Virus record (IMG/VR): IMGVR_UViG_3300027851_000024
Span: 1,035-65,034 of that record
Origin: a virus
Lineage: Duplodnaviria > Caudoviricetes
Length of the DNA: 64,000 nt
Direction: 5' to 3' (one strand)
In this document: in pieces, positions 9,003 to 17,459 of the stretch
Layout of the letters: every line of letters starts with the position of its first letter
Numbering within the stretch: position 1 is the first letter of the stretch
Position numbers and translations under genes: made by a program
Notes under the pieces: model-generated
The model's input: the letters and a program-made list of their open reading frames with translations, nothing else
Database searches by the model: none
What the model was told of the DNA's origin: nothing

Positions 9003-10429
9003 AGCCCCTCCACCTCGGCAGTTATCCCAAGGTAATTTTCAAGCCTCTGGTAAAATTCAGGAATATATTTCTGTGCCTTATCACATCCAAGCGGTGTCAT
9101 TCTTGCTTTCGCTGCACTGATTAAGCAGTTACCAGAGCCAGCAAACAGAGACATAAATATTGTGCCAGGCTTGCCTAGAGCCTTTACAAAGTGGTCATAC
9201 AGTTCAATTGGCTTTTCCCACTGATGGATTCGCTGCGCCGAACTGACCGTGTTAATATTAATTGCCGATGGAAAACTAGGTGTGTTGAACTGAGCATTTC
9301 CTTTGCGGAGCAGCAAGAACATTTCCCAATTACTTACCATGTTAGTTTTTGGTCTGTTAGTGCTGCCTCCAGTTTTAACCCAAGAACCTGGAGACTGAAC
9401 ACCAAAGCCAATATCCTTAGCAATGTTATTGATCTGTATAAAGTGCTCCTTGCCAGTCCAGACTAAGCACCAACTACAGTCAAGCATCTTCTCATACACT
9501 AACGGCAAGTAATTGAAGTAGAACTCATAAAGTTCTTTCTCATCCCAATCGGTAGCTTTACATTCGATCTTGTTTGTCTTACCGTAGTTGTCGTTGAAGT
9601 CAATTGCATAAGGTGGGTCAAGTTCTACCATCCCCACAGAGTTGCTTGGAATCTTATCAAGGAAGGTTTTATAGTTTTCTGCCACATAAATTACGCGAAT
9701 GTTAGAATCTATAAGGCCATTCTCAGATTCGTCTTCTTGATCCTCTTCGTCAATATCTTCCAGCTTTTCTTTAGCTTGCTTGGTTTTGTCAAATACTGCT
9801 TTCTTGACTGTGTTCTTTTTTGGTGCAGTCATCTGGCCGCTTTGCAGAGCAGCCAATCTTTCTTTTTCAGTATCGCTGAAGCTGCCCATTCGCTGAAGTG
9901 CCTTAGCTTGTTCGCCGAGAGCTTTGTATGCTTCCCTGGCTCGGCCTTTGGTAGTCTGGAGTTTAAGTATCGGGAAGACTTTCAGTGCCTCAGCAAATGC
10001 CAGGTCAGTAGATAAGCCTCCAAGACTGCACTTGAGTCTCTTGGCTGTTTCACGGTAGCCCCAAGATTTATTTTCCTTAGCTGCAGCTTCTATCCAATAG
10101 TTGTGTAGCTTATATTTTAGGTCTATTTCCTCATGCCACAGAAACTCCTTACGGTCCATGTTGCTCAGGAGTTCAATCAGGAAGTGGTCGTCTTCTGTAA
10201 TGCCGTCAAAGACTCGGACTTCGATTGTTTCACGACTGAGTTTTTTGAGTGCTTCGATCCTGTGAAGTCCATCAATTAGGACGTTATTCGAGTCTATGAG
10301 GATCGGATGAAGCTGGCCGACCATAGAGATGGAATCGGCAAGGCTGGAGATGTCGCCAACATCCATGCGAGCACGGTCTTTGATAATAATCTCTGCTATT
10401 TTTCTTTCTTCTATCTGGAATAGTTGCAT
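8999..10429 (-). CDS. ParB N-terminal + HTH + amino-DNA methyltransferase fusion
   Basis: GQLHPI..LIDGLHR (ParB/Srx), YRETAKRLKCSLGGLS (HTH), acidic linker, DPPY (motif IV), HQWEKP, FAGSG (motif I); beta-class motif order. Confidence 0.85.
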   Translation of the reverse strand: MQLFQIEERKIAEIIIKDRARMDVGDISSLADSISMVGQLHPILIDSNNVLIDGLHRIEALKKLSRETIEVRVFDGITEDDHFLIELLSNMDRKEFLWHEEIDLKYKLHNYWIEAAAKENKSWGYRETAKRLKCSLGGLSTDLAFAEALKVFPILKLQTTKGRAREAYKALGEQAKALQRMGSFSDTEKERLAALQSGQMTAPKKNTVKKAVFDKTKQAKEKLEDIDEEDQEDESENGLIDSNIRVIYVAENYKTFLDKIPSNSVGMVELDPPYAIDFNDNYGKTNKIECKATDWDEKELYEFYFNYLPLVYEKMLDCSWCLVWTGKEHFIQINNIAKDIGFGVQSPGSWVKTGGSTNRPKTNMVSNWEMFLLLRKGNAQFNTPSFPSAININTVSSAQRIHQWEKPIELYDHFVKALGKPGTIFMSLFAGSGNCLISAAKARMTPLGCDKAQKYIPEFYQRLENYLGITAEVEGL

Positions 10430-10438
10430 AACTTTCTC

Positions 10439-10729
10439 TTAGTTTAAATTTTGAAACTGCTTCTTGATTAATTCAATCTGATCTGCTGAAAGCTTACCAA
10501 GTAAGTCACTAGCAGCCTTGGTTGGGTCTGCCAGCATTTTCTTGCCTTTCTTAGTTCCGCTGTTCTTGGAAATGTTTTTCATCGCAGACTTGGTAATCTG
10601 CTGAGATTTGACCAAGGCAGCGTTCAGGGCACTTGTTCGCATTGTACGGACTTTTTCAATTATCCTGGCTTGCTCAGGATATGACATTTCGAGAAATGAA
10701 CGAGTGTAAATCCGATCCATTAGTGGCAT
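10439..10729 (-). CDS. Hypothetical basic protein with shared C-terminal helical motif
   Basis: 96-aa ORF ending AASDLLGKLSADQIELIKKQF. Confidence 0.6.
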   Translation of the reverse strand: MPLMDRIYTRSFLEMSYPEQARIIEKVRTMRTSALNAALVKSQQITKSAMKNISKNSGTKKGKKMLADPTKAASDLLGKLSADQIELIKKQFQNLN

Positions 10730-10738
10730 GATTTGCTC

Positions 10739-11065
10739 CTATCTATGATCTCCAGAACCACCAAGCTGGTTACGTTCTTTACGATCAGCTAGTTTTTGAA
10801 TGTTCATGATTGCAATATCATCAAGGCTAATTTCAAGGTCGTAAGCTATACAAGCTATATACCACAAAGCATCACCAAGTTCATAAGCGATTTCAATCTT
10901 TTTAACATCGGTAAAGTTACCATCGTTGTCACGATAAATCTTTTTTACTTTATCAAGGACTTCACCAGCTTCTCCAGCTAACCCTAATACATGACAGAAG
11001 AAGGCATATTTTTCTGAGTAAATATCGGTGGACTTTGCCGAGATTTGATATTCGTTAAAGGTCAT
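10739..11065 (-). CDS. MazG-like nucleoside triphosphate pyrophosphohydrolase
   Basis: LGLAGEAGEV...ELGDALWY...NIQKL..R...GSGDHR. Confidence 0.9.
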   Translation of the reverse strand: MTFNEYQISAKSTDIYSEKYAFFCHVLGLAGEAGEVLDKVKKIYRDNDGNFTDVKKIEIAYELGDALWYIACIAYDLEISLDDIAIMNIQKLADRKERNQLGGSGDHR

Positions 11066-11068
11066 GGC

Positions 11069-11278
11069 TTATTCCTCAATTCCAGGCAGCGTTAATGGTT
11101 TGCCCTTATACATATAGTCAAGGACTTCACTTAGTTTGCCTCCAATGATGATGGATTTCAGCGAGAGGAATATTTGCCGAAATAGTTTCGTTTGCTGGCC
11201 ATGGTGGAAGTGTTCCTGGACTTGCTCATACAAGTCTTTGTCGATCCTAGCAGTTACTTTACATTCTTCTTTGTACAT
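11069..11278 (-). CDS. Putative ribbon-helix-helix DNA-binding protein
   Basis: KVTARIDKDLYEQV N-terminal strand-helix pattern. Confidence 0.45.
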   Translation of the reverse strand: MYKEECKVTARIDKDLYEQVQEHFHHGQQTKLFRQIFLSLKSIIIGGKLSEVLDYMYKGKPLTLPGIEE

Positions 11279-11279
11279 T

Positions 11280-13037
11280 TTAATTTTCCTTTTTTAATAA
11301 TGCAAAAAGTTGTTCCTCAGTTATTTGAGGAATGTTATAACGGGTTGCCTTTTCGATTTTGTTTCTTCCAGGATCATCTCCGACGACAAGATAGTTTGTC
11401 TCTCGTGTGACTCCGGAAGAGAACTCATATCCATAACCGTTCAAGATTTCGATCATAGCTTCTCTTGATTGGCTTAATGATCCGGTGATACAGTAAATTG
11501 CTTTTGCCTCAGTGGGGAGTGGAGCAAATGAAAAGTTTTTCATCTCCGTAATAGCATTGGTATAAATACTCGCTGCGGTTACAAAGCTTTGTTTGGCCCG
11601 ATCGGTTATGTGGATATTAATTTCTCCTGTCTTAAGATATTGGCACAAGCGCAAAGCTGACTTATATGCTAATCCTGGCAGACCTAAACCTGATACAAAG
11701 TGTGCCATGTGGACTTGGTTATTCATACTGAATACTTGCTCAGCGATGTTGCTATAAATGGTTACACCAATCTCATTTATGATGTCTGGCACAATGTCGT
11801 AGCTAAGTGGATCGAGTAAGGCCCAAGGCTTGGTTGACAGTACAGAATAACATTTTTCATTCTGGAGTAGCTTCTCTATAATGCCTTCTCCGACTCCGTC
11901 AATCTTTATGCCCTTTTGAGAGTAAAAGTAAGCAATGGATACGATGAGCTTGGCGATGCATGTTGGACCATTACAGACAAGATGGACTCCTTCCCATTGC
12001 AGAATCTCAGTACATTTTGGACAATGTATTGGCAGAAGATTTTTGTATTCATTTAAATTTCTGGTTGTTAAAATCTTTGGAATTATTTCACCAGCCTTGC
12101 CAACAGAAATAGTTGATCCTGGCATGATTTGACGATCTTTAATCCACTGAGCGTTATTGCCAGTTACTCTGTTATTAGTAGTTCCACAAAGCTCGATTGG
12201 CTCATATACAACTGTTGGTATTGCCCTTCCGAGTCGGCTTATGTTCCATTCGATATTTGTAACTTTGGTTTCTTTAACTTGGATTGGAGGCTTCCAGGCG
12301 ATGCTCCAGTTATTGGTCTGTCCATTATTACCGGCGACTAAGCGAACTTTCTCGTCTGCAACCTTGATCATCAGCCCATCCATTGGATAGATTTTTGACC
12401 AATTACTGTATGTCTCAAGCAGAAAATCTCCCATAGCTTCGAGGCTACCGGAGTAAGTATAGTCAGAAAACAGGCTGCCATAATTATGTGGTATGGCTGT
12501 CATCATGGCGCTTGGCTTATCATATTTGCGAGCTAGCCATCCAGCCACAACATTGCGAGGATTTGCTCCATAGGCTGGATTCCACTCGGCTAATGGGATG
12601 AGTATCTCAACTGCCTGAAAATGCTTAAGCTGGAAGGGAAACTTGATGTGAGGTAGCATGTGAGTTATGTCTGTTCCACACCTGCCGTCGCCTTCAAGAG
12701 TTAATGCAATGCCTGAGTCTGTGAGTGTCACTACTGCTGCACAGCCATCATATTTTGGCTCGATCTTGAGGACGTAAGAGCCAAACCTTGTGAGGAATGG
12801 CTTAAGATCAGTCATGTTGAAAGCTTTGTTTGTCCCATAAATTGGTTGTTTATGCCAGGTTTTTCCTGTCAGGGATGCTCGGTTTTGTGCGGTATGGTAG
12901 AGAAGGTTATTATGTGGGTCGATGGCATAGAGTTGTTGCCAGAGCAAATCGTATTCGCTATCTGTCATGAATGGTATGCCAGAAGCATAGGCCATATTTG
13001 CTTGGCGAATTTCTTCAATTAGTTGTTCTCTTGTCAT
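11280..13037 (-). CDS. ligA: NAD-dependent DNA ligase
   Basis: Domain Ia AYASG..MTDSEYD, EPKYDG, DGLMIK, IAWK, OB fold, CPKC zinc finger, HhH, C-terminal BRCT (ITGSL..SGVTRETNYLVVG). Confidence 0.92.
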   Translation of the reverse strand: MTREQLIEEIRQANMAYASGIPFMTDSEYDLLWQQLYAIDPHNNLLYHTAQNRASLTGKTWHKQPIYGTNKAFNMTDLKPFLTRFGSYVLKIEPKYDGCAAVVTLTDSGIALTLEGDGRCGTDITHMLPHIKFPFQLKHFQAVEILIPLAEWNPAYGANPRNVVAGWLARKYDKPSAMMTAIPHNYGSLFSDYTYSGSLEAMGDFLLETYSNWSKIYPMDGLMIKVADEKVRLVAGNNGQTNNWSIAWKPPIQVKETKVTNIEWNISRLGRAIPTVVYEPIELCGTTNNRVTGNNAQWIKDRQIMPGSTISVGKAGEIIPKILTTRNLNEYKNLLPIHCPKCTEILQWEGVHLVCNGPTCIAKLIVSIAYFYSQKGIKIDGVGEGIIEKLLQNEKCYSVLSTKPWALLDPLSYDIVPDIINEIGVTIYSNIAEQVFSMNNQVHMAHFVSGLGLPGLAYKSALRLCQYLKTGEINIHITDRAKQSFVTAASIYTNAITEMKNFSFAPLPTEAKAIYCITGSLSQSREAMIEILNGYGYEFSSGVTRETNYLVVGDDPGRNKIEKATRYNIPQITEEQLFALLKKEN

Positions 13038-13067
13038 TGGTAATCTCCTTTAGAAAATTATTTTCAT

Positions 13068-13533
13068 TTAATAACTTTAAGCCTCAGATAAGTTTCTGTC
13101 TTTCACTATTGGCCAAGCAGCTACTTTGACAGGCTTATGACTCCTAAGTGATCAGCTTAGGTATGTTCTCAACACCTCTGAGGCTTAAAATTATTAACTG
13201 ACCTAGAGCAATTAGGTTCATGGAGGATACAAAGTTCATATCCTCCATGTTCCTTAGCCCTTCGTTGCTTTTTGCATATCGGGCAATCCTATATAACTAT
13301 AGGATCAATTTTCATTCCTACCCAGAGGCCAGAACTCTGTGGAATAAATAGTTAAAACAAATTATATGGTGAAAACTATTTAATTGGTTCTCCTTTCGCT
13401 AGGTTCGTTCATTTTTGAACAGCAAGTTTTATTAGTTAAAAAGATATTCAGACCCGTATCGTATTTCAGGGCTTGTGAGTCAGCACCGCCATAGCTTGGT
13501 TCCCAAGACAGGCTATTAAATAGCAATATCTTT
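13068..13533 (-). ncRNA. Cluster of stable stem-loop/multibranch structures (candidate ncRNAs or processing elements)
   Basis: 21-bp inverted repeat 13068-13088/13177-13197 (1 mismatch) enclosing sub-hairpins; 11-bp hairpin 13219-13249; further hairpins at about 13286-13305, 13314-13345 and 13346-13381; AAAGATATT/AATATCTTT closing 13440-13533; no long ORF. Confidence 0.5.
13407..13426. promoter_or_regulatory. Dispersed palindrome, copy 1 (GTTCAttttTGAAC-AGCAAG)
   Basis: Matches copies at 23097, 26660, 35816 and 61117. Confidence 0.7.
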
Positions 13534-13538
13534 ATTAA

Positions 13539-13961
13539 TTAAACTACTCGAACAATCTCATTCCTCGGTGCTCCAATCTTAATCGGATTTCCTTCGTCGT
13601 CAGTACTCATGCCATCGTTATAATTCAGTTCAGCCGTAAACTCCAAGCCAACCAGATCAGATTCGTCAGTCTCCTGGTCGGGATCTAAGCCGAGAGCGCG
13701 AAGGAAATCTTTAACCATCCGCCACATCAAGTTGTTCTTATCTTCATCGTCGCCCTGATAGTCTTTGTAATTACCATACCAGAGTGTGTGGAAGATAGTA
13801 GATGCGTTGTCTTCGCCATCGATGTTGATAATCAACTGGCAGCCGTAACGGCCAGTTCGCTGAGACTTGGTTTCTTTGACCTTGGTGATGCGGAGATCAT
13901 ACTCGCCAGCTTCTACGGGTGCCTTGTCGGGAATCTCACTCAGATTAGGAATCATTGCCAT
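13539..13961 (-). CDS. Single-stranded DNA-binding protein (DUF669-like)
   Basis: PVEAGEYDLRI...KSQRTG pattern, acidic, next to a Sak4-like ATPase. Confidence 0.65.
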   Translation of the reverse strand: MAMIPNLSEIPDKAPVEAGEYDLRITKVKETKSQRTGRYGCQLIINIDGEDNASTIFHTLWYGNYKDYQGDDEDKNNLMWRMVKDFLRALGLDPDQETDESDLVGLEFTAELNYNDGMSTDDEGNPIKIGAPRNEIVRVV

Positions 13962-13978
13962 GGTAGTGCTCCTTGAAT

Positions 13979-14028
13979 TGTTTGTTTTAGTTTAGGTTAG
14001 TTTGGTTTAGTTTGGTTTGGGTTAGTTT
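13979..14028 (-). repeat. A/C-rich pentamer repeat tract in the SSB leader
   Basis: Plus strand TTTAG/TTTGG/GTTAG repeats; transcript reads AAACUAACCCAAACCAAACUAAACC... up to the AAGGAG RBS. Confidence 0.7.
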
Positions 14029-14209
14029 ATTCGTTTGTTTGTTTTTTGTTTTTATCCTCCTTAACTTTGATTATCACATCAACCGAATCTTTTTCACAAG
14101 ATTTGGCTGTTAATAAAGCTTGTAAAAGGCACTGCTTTTCAGGACTTTCATCAGCAACCTCAAAAGTTACTATGCCAGAATAATTATCTACTTCGATTCC
14201 AATCTTCAT
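14027..14209 (-). CDS. Hypothetical protein
   Basis: 60-aa ORF with AAGGAG RBS. Confidence 0.5.
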   Translation of the reverse strand: MKIGIEVDNYSGIVTFEVADESPEKQCLLQALLTAKSCEKDSVDVIIKVKEDKNKKQTNE

Positions 14210-14232
14210 AATTAAAACTCCTTTAATTAATC

Positions 14233-15024
14233 TTATTGAGGAATAATCGTCTTGCCTGCAAGATAAGCAGTTGCAAGCTGGTCCATCGTGATGCCTTCAA
14301 CCTTAGGCATATCAAAAACCCTGGACTTAGCTTCAAATGCAAGTTTTTCTGTAAAGAAGATTTGCCGTTTAGTTCCTTGAGTTGTCAGCAGATATGCTTC
14401 ATCAAAATCGGCAGCTAGCAGCTGACGAAACTGACCATTGACAGCGGGATATCTTGCTACTACTTCTTGGTCAGAATTCATGAGCGTATGAAGATGGACT
14501 GTGACTGCAACTGCACAAGGAAGCTCTTGGAGTGAACTAACTAATGTTGTCATCCAGTTCAAGAGCTGGCCCCAATGCGCAGGTGCCATTCCTAACTTCA
14601 TGTCGATCTTTTTACCAATGCCGCTTGGAGTTATTCCTGACTTCTTTTCGATTTCATGAATCGCCTTCTTGTTGGCATTGGTCAAGCTGTCCAACACCAA
14701 CATTCCGCCTTGTTCCTTCAGCCACTCAAAAAGCCCAGCTTTTTCATCCTCCTGGAAAGTATGCCAGAAATCTGAAAATAACAAATTATCATGAGAAAAA
14801 TTATCCAGAGTAATATCAGTTCGATTCTTAGATATCTTCTCAATGGTCTTTTCACCTCCTTTGTCGAACATGTAGTAGTGCAAAGGTCCCTTGGTGTAGG
14901 TGGCTGTGAAGTGGGTTTTGCCAGATCCGGAATTGCCAGTTAGCAGGAATTTGAGATCAAAGATTCGCTTGCGTTCAGTTAGTTTGGTTTTGTTAAAACT
15001 TGGTTTTGCTTCTGATGGGTTCAT
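14233..15024 (-). CDS. AAA_24/Sak4-like ATPase (recombination/annealing)
   Basis: GNSGSGKT Walker A, LVLDSLT Walker B; between nuclease and SSB. Confidence 0.75.
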   Translation of the reverse strand: MNPSEAKPSFNKTKLTERKRIFDLKFLLTGNSGSGKTHFTATYTKGPLHYYMFDKGGEKTIEKISKNRTDITLDNFSHDNLLFSDFWHTFQEDEKAGLFEWLKEQGGMLVLDSLTNANKKAIHEIEKKSGITPSGIGKKIDMKLGMAPAHWGQLLNWMTTLVSSLQELPCAVAVTVHLHTLMNSDQEVVARYPAVNGQFRQLLAADFDEAYLLTTQGTKRQIFFTEKLAFEAKSRVFDMPKVEGITMDQLATAYLAGKTIIPQ

Positions 15025-15051
15025 TTAAAACTCCTTTAAATGAAATTAATC

Positions 15052-15120
15052 TTAGACTTCTACATGTTTCCATGTAATTCCTGCTTTTATCTTATAAATA
15101 GCTTTTCTATTTATTTTCAT
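15052..15120 (-). pseudogene. Remnant of an HNH homing endonuclease C-terminus
   Basis: 22-aa MKINRKAIYKIKAGITWKHVEV resembles the IxxIKxGxTWKHV tail of phage HNH/HTH endonucleases; AT-rich. Confidence 0.45.
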
Positions 15121-15122
15121 TA

Positions 15123-16094
15123 TTATACCTCAGCTAATCTCCTTTTAGTTTCTAAATCATGTAAATCAGGATTCCATTCAGAATGAATAAACCCTTGAGG
15201 CGCTTTTTCCATCCAGTGCAACGGATTGTTTCGGAGTCTGCAAAGATCGTAATATGGACAAACTGAGCTAAACGTAGTGCAAGCATAGCCTGGATTCCGG
15301 TGGAAGGATTGCAATACATCCGAGCGTTCCCGGCAGTTAATCTTATCTTCTTCGAGAAGGTTTAGGTTGTGCTGAATCTCATCGGCATAATGACAAAGGT
15401 TAGCCAAGAAGTGTTCGATTGCAGCAGAGCGTTTGGTAATTGTAATTGGTACAAAATCAATCTTGCTTTTCTGGCAAAGTGCTATGCGATAAGTAATGGT
15501 TGGAATCTTATCATAAAAAATTCTGCCAGCGGTTAGATAACCATCTGACTGGAATGACATTTCAAAGGTTTGAGGTGTTGTGGAGTAGATGGCCTTAGCG
15601 GTTTTGTGATCGAGAATATCGATGCCATCAGCACCATTTGAAAAGATCAGATCGATTCTACCTATATAATTTGGAAGCTTTGAATCTTTGGTTGACAGAT
15701 CAATACTGAATGGTGCTTCAACAGCGAGGATTGACCGATCTTTTACGTCAGCTACCAGGAAGCGGTCCCAATATGCTTTGTACATATTAGCAGCATGGCC
15801 AGGACTCTTGGGAAAGATTGCATCCTCGTTTTTCCAATAAGGCTCGCCGTCGAGCTTCCAGAGTTTGTTAAAGCTCCGAATTGAATGTTCAGTTGCTTCG
15901 AGAACAGATAGTGTTTGATTGTCTTTCAGAAGGTTGTACGTAGATTCGAGGCCGTAATGCCAGCAGGAGCCGAAGACAAGGTGAATGGATTGTCCAGCAG
16001 GCTTGAGGTTCAACACGTACTGGAATAAGAACCGCCTGGGACAGGTGAGATAAGTTGATAAAGCAGAGTAATCGATTTTTTCATGGAAATTCAT
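15123..16094 (-). CDS. PD-(D/E)XK exonuclease, Cas4/AddB-like with probable Fe-S cluster
   Basis: YLTCPRR, FGSCWH, E..F, GRIDLI, LDHKT, Q..GY, C-terminal C-x6-CPYYDLC. Confidence 0.85.
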   Translation of the reverse strand: MNFHEKIDYSALSTYLTCPRRFLFQYVLNLKPAGQSIHLVFGSCWHYGLESTYNLLKDNQTLSVLEATEHSIRSFNKLWKLDGEPYWKNEDAIFPKSPGHAANMYKAYWDRFLVADVKDRSILAVEAPFSIDLSTKDSKLPNYIGRIDLIFSNGADGIDILDHKTAKAIYSTTPQTFEMSFQSDGYLTAGRIFYDKIPTITYRIALCQKSKIDFVPITITKRSAAIEHFLANLCHYADEIQHNLNLLEEDKINCRERSDVLQSFHRNPGYACTTFSSVCPYYDLCRLRNNPLHWMEKAPQGFIHSEWNPDLHDLETKRRLAEV

Positions 16095-16114
16095 TTGAGA
16101 ACCTTCTCATTGAA

Positions 16115-16395
16115 TTTTAACCAAGTGGCCGACTCTGATAACGTCTTATCAGCGATACCTGTCAGTTCAGGTCAGATGGTGCGCATGGACTTTTCTATCC
16201 AATGCGTTCCCGGCACAAAAGAGTTGAAGGTTAAAAGAATCGCTGGGCTTCCACCAGCTCCCACTTCGCTTTAACGTATGCGTGTCCTATACGACCTGAC
16301 TTTCCAGGTTGTCAGATGAGTGCTCGGCTACTTTCACCAGGGCGATCTAGTCGCTGCCTATTGCCGATAGTTTTCTCGGACACACCCAATTTGCT
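16115..16395 (-). ncRNA. Two adjacent multibranch RNA-like structures
   Basis: TTTTAACC/GGTTAAAA (16115-16236) encloses three hairpins; second unit has a GTGTGTCC/GGACACGC stem and a T-arm-like GCTGG-TGGAAGC-CCAGC hairpin. Confidence 0.5.
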
Positions 16396-16398
16396 AAA

Positions 16399-16761
16399 TT
16401 ACCGATTGTTGAACTGAGCCAGGATGGCGTCACGAACTTCCGGAGGCAGATTGCCGAGAGCTTCCAGGGCTTTCTCTTCAGGAGTCTTAGTAATCCTCAG
16501 AGTCGGCTTCCAGTCGCTGAAGTCCTCGGCCAGGATGGCGTCGTCAGCATTGCTGAACTCACCATTATCGTCCTTCTCTTCCAGTTTGCGCCGAACGACT
16601 GCCCTGAACGAAACCTTCAGCTGATTCTTAATCATGTTCAGTGCCAGGTCATCGCCAAGGCTCTGTACCATCTCTTCGACAGTGCCGAGGTTCAGAACTG
16701 CGGGCTCGGTAACGGTGATCTCACGATTAGCCTGGTTTGAAACTACTTTGATCATGCTCAT
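16399..16761 (-). CDS. Hypothetical protein, probably highly expressed; shared C-terminal motif
   Basis: GGGAG RBS, C-ending codon bias, upstream sigma70 promoter; ends KALEALGNLPPEVRDAILAQF. Confidence 0.75.
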   Translation of the reverse strand: MSMIKVVSNQANREITVTEPAVLNLGTVEEMVQSLGDDLALNMIKNQLKVSFRAVVRRKLEEKDDNGEFSNADDAILAEDFSDWKPTLRITKTPEEKALEALGNLPPEVRDAILAQFNNR

Positions 16762-16963
16762 TTTGAATCTCCCTAATTAGGTGGTTGGTAAAATGGGCCT
16801 TATGCCCAAAAGCTAGAACAACTAAATTTGCTTGGTACATCCAAAGAAGTGCACAGATAAGTTTTGTTGGCTTTGACCTCCTTGTTATGGTTGTAAGTTG
16901 TGTCCTATCTAATCATAAAGGGCAATTTCGGGCTTTATTTGGCTTTTGCCGTAATGTTTTTTC

Positions 16964-16992
16964 ACTATACCCGAAAAACCCGCCGAAAGCAA
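16964..16992 (-). promoter_or_regulatory. Sigma70-type promoter
   Basis: TTGCTT-17bp-TATAGT on the minus strand. Confidence 0.7.
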
Positions 16993-17053
16993 GACCTTTT
17001 TTCGCCTTCTTAATCTTTTTCACCCTGCCTTAAATGCCTCAAGCACAACCAAA

Positions 17054-17377
17054 TTACTTAATCTCATAACTTTCCATCAACTGGTTATGCTTTTCTTCCA
17101 ATCCGATCTCGTCAACAGCATCAGTTGCCTGCATCTCCTCGGTAATGTCAACAAGCATGTAGACTTTACCACCTTGGGTGACCTGGCAAATGCCTAAGCC
17201 TTCAAGAGTTATGACGGGCTTAGTTTTTGCTTCAGCCTCGAGGTTTGTCAGGATTTTATTCTTATCACTTATCTCATTTATAAGAGGAAAAAATGTTATT
17301 CCAGCCCCAATTAATATGCCAGCAACAAACATTGAGGCAATGGATTTGTTATCGTTCATAACACTCCTATAATGCAA
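17054..17377 (-). CDS. Membrane-anchored hypothetical protein
   Basis: N-terminal hydrophobic helix; likely start at MNDNK after the AGGAG RBS. Confidence 0.55.
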   Translation of the reverse strand: MHYRSVMNDNKSIASMFVAGILIGAGITFFPLINEISDKNKILTNLEAEAKTKPVITLEGLGICQVTQGGKVYMLVDITEEMQATDAVDEIGLEEKHNQLMESYEIK

Positions 17378-17459
17378 ATGATTAAAAGAATAGCCACATA
17401 AAATAGGCCAACTTTGTCTCGAACAGATGTTTCAGCTGAAAAGTCTACCTTGTAGTTGT

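Noticed and set aside
13407-13420. GTTCA-N4-TGAAC as a known LexA box
   Set aside because: Spacing and orientation (GTTC-N6-GAAC) differ from the GAAC-N4-GTTC, GTTC-N7-GTTC and TGTTC-N4-GAACA boxes I know; a host regulator is not fully excluded
13068-13533. Hammerhead ribozyme
   Set aside because: CTGATCA and CTGACTCA are present but the CUGANGA...GAAA core is not correctly formed
15123-16094. Cas4-like gene as a sign of CRISPR-Cas
   Set aside because: No repeat-spacer array or other cas genes seen; context (Sak4-like ATPase, SSB) indicates a recombination exonuclease
16237-16395. tRNA gene or cobalamin riboswitch
   Set aside because: The T-arm-like loop is TGGAAGC, not TTCRAAT; no D or anticodon arm spacing, no CCA, and no B12 box recognised
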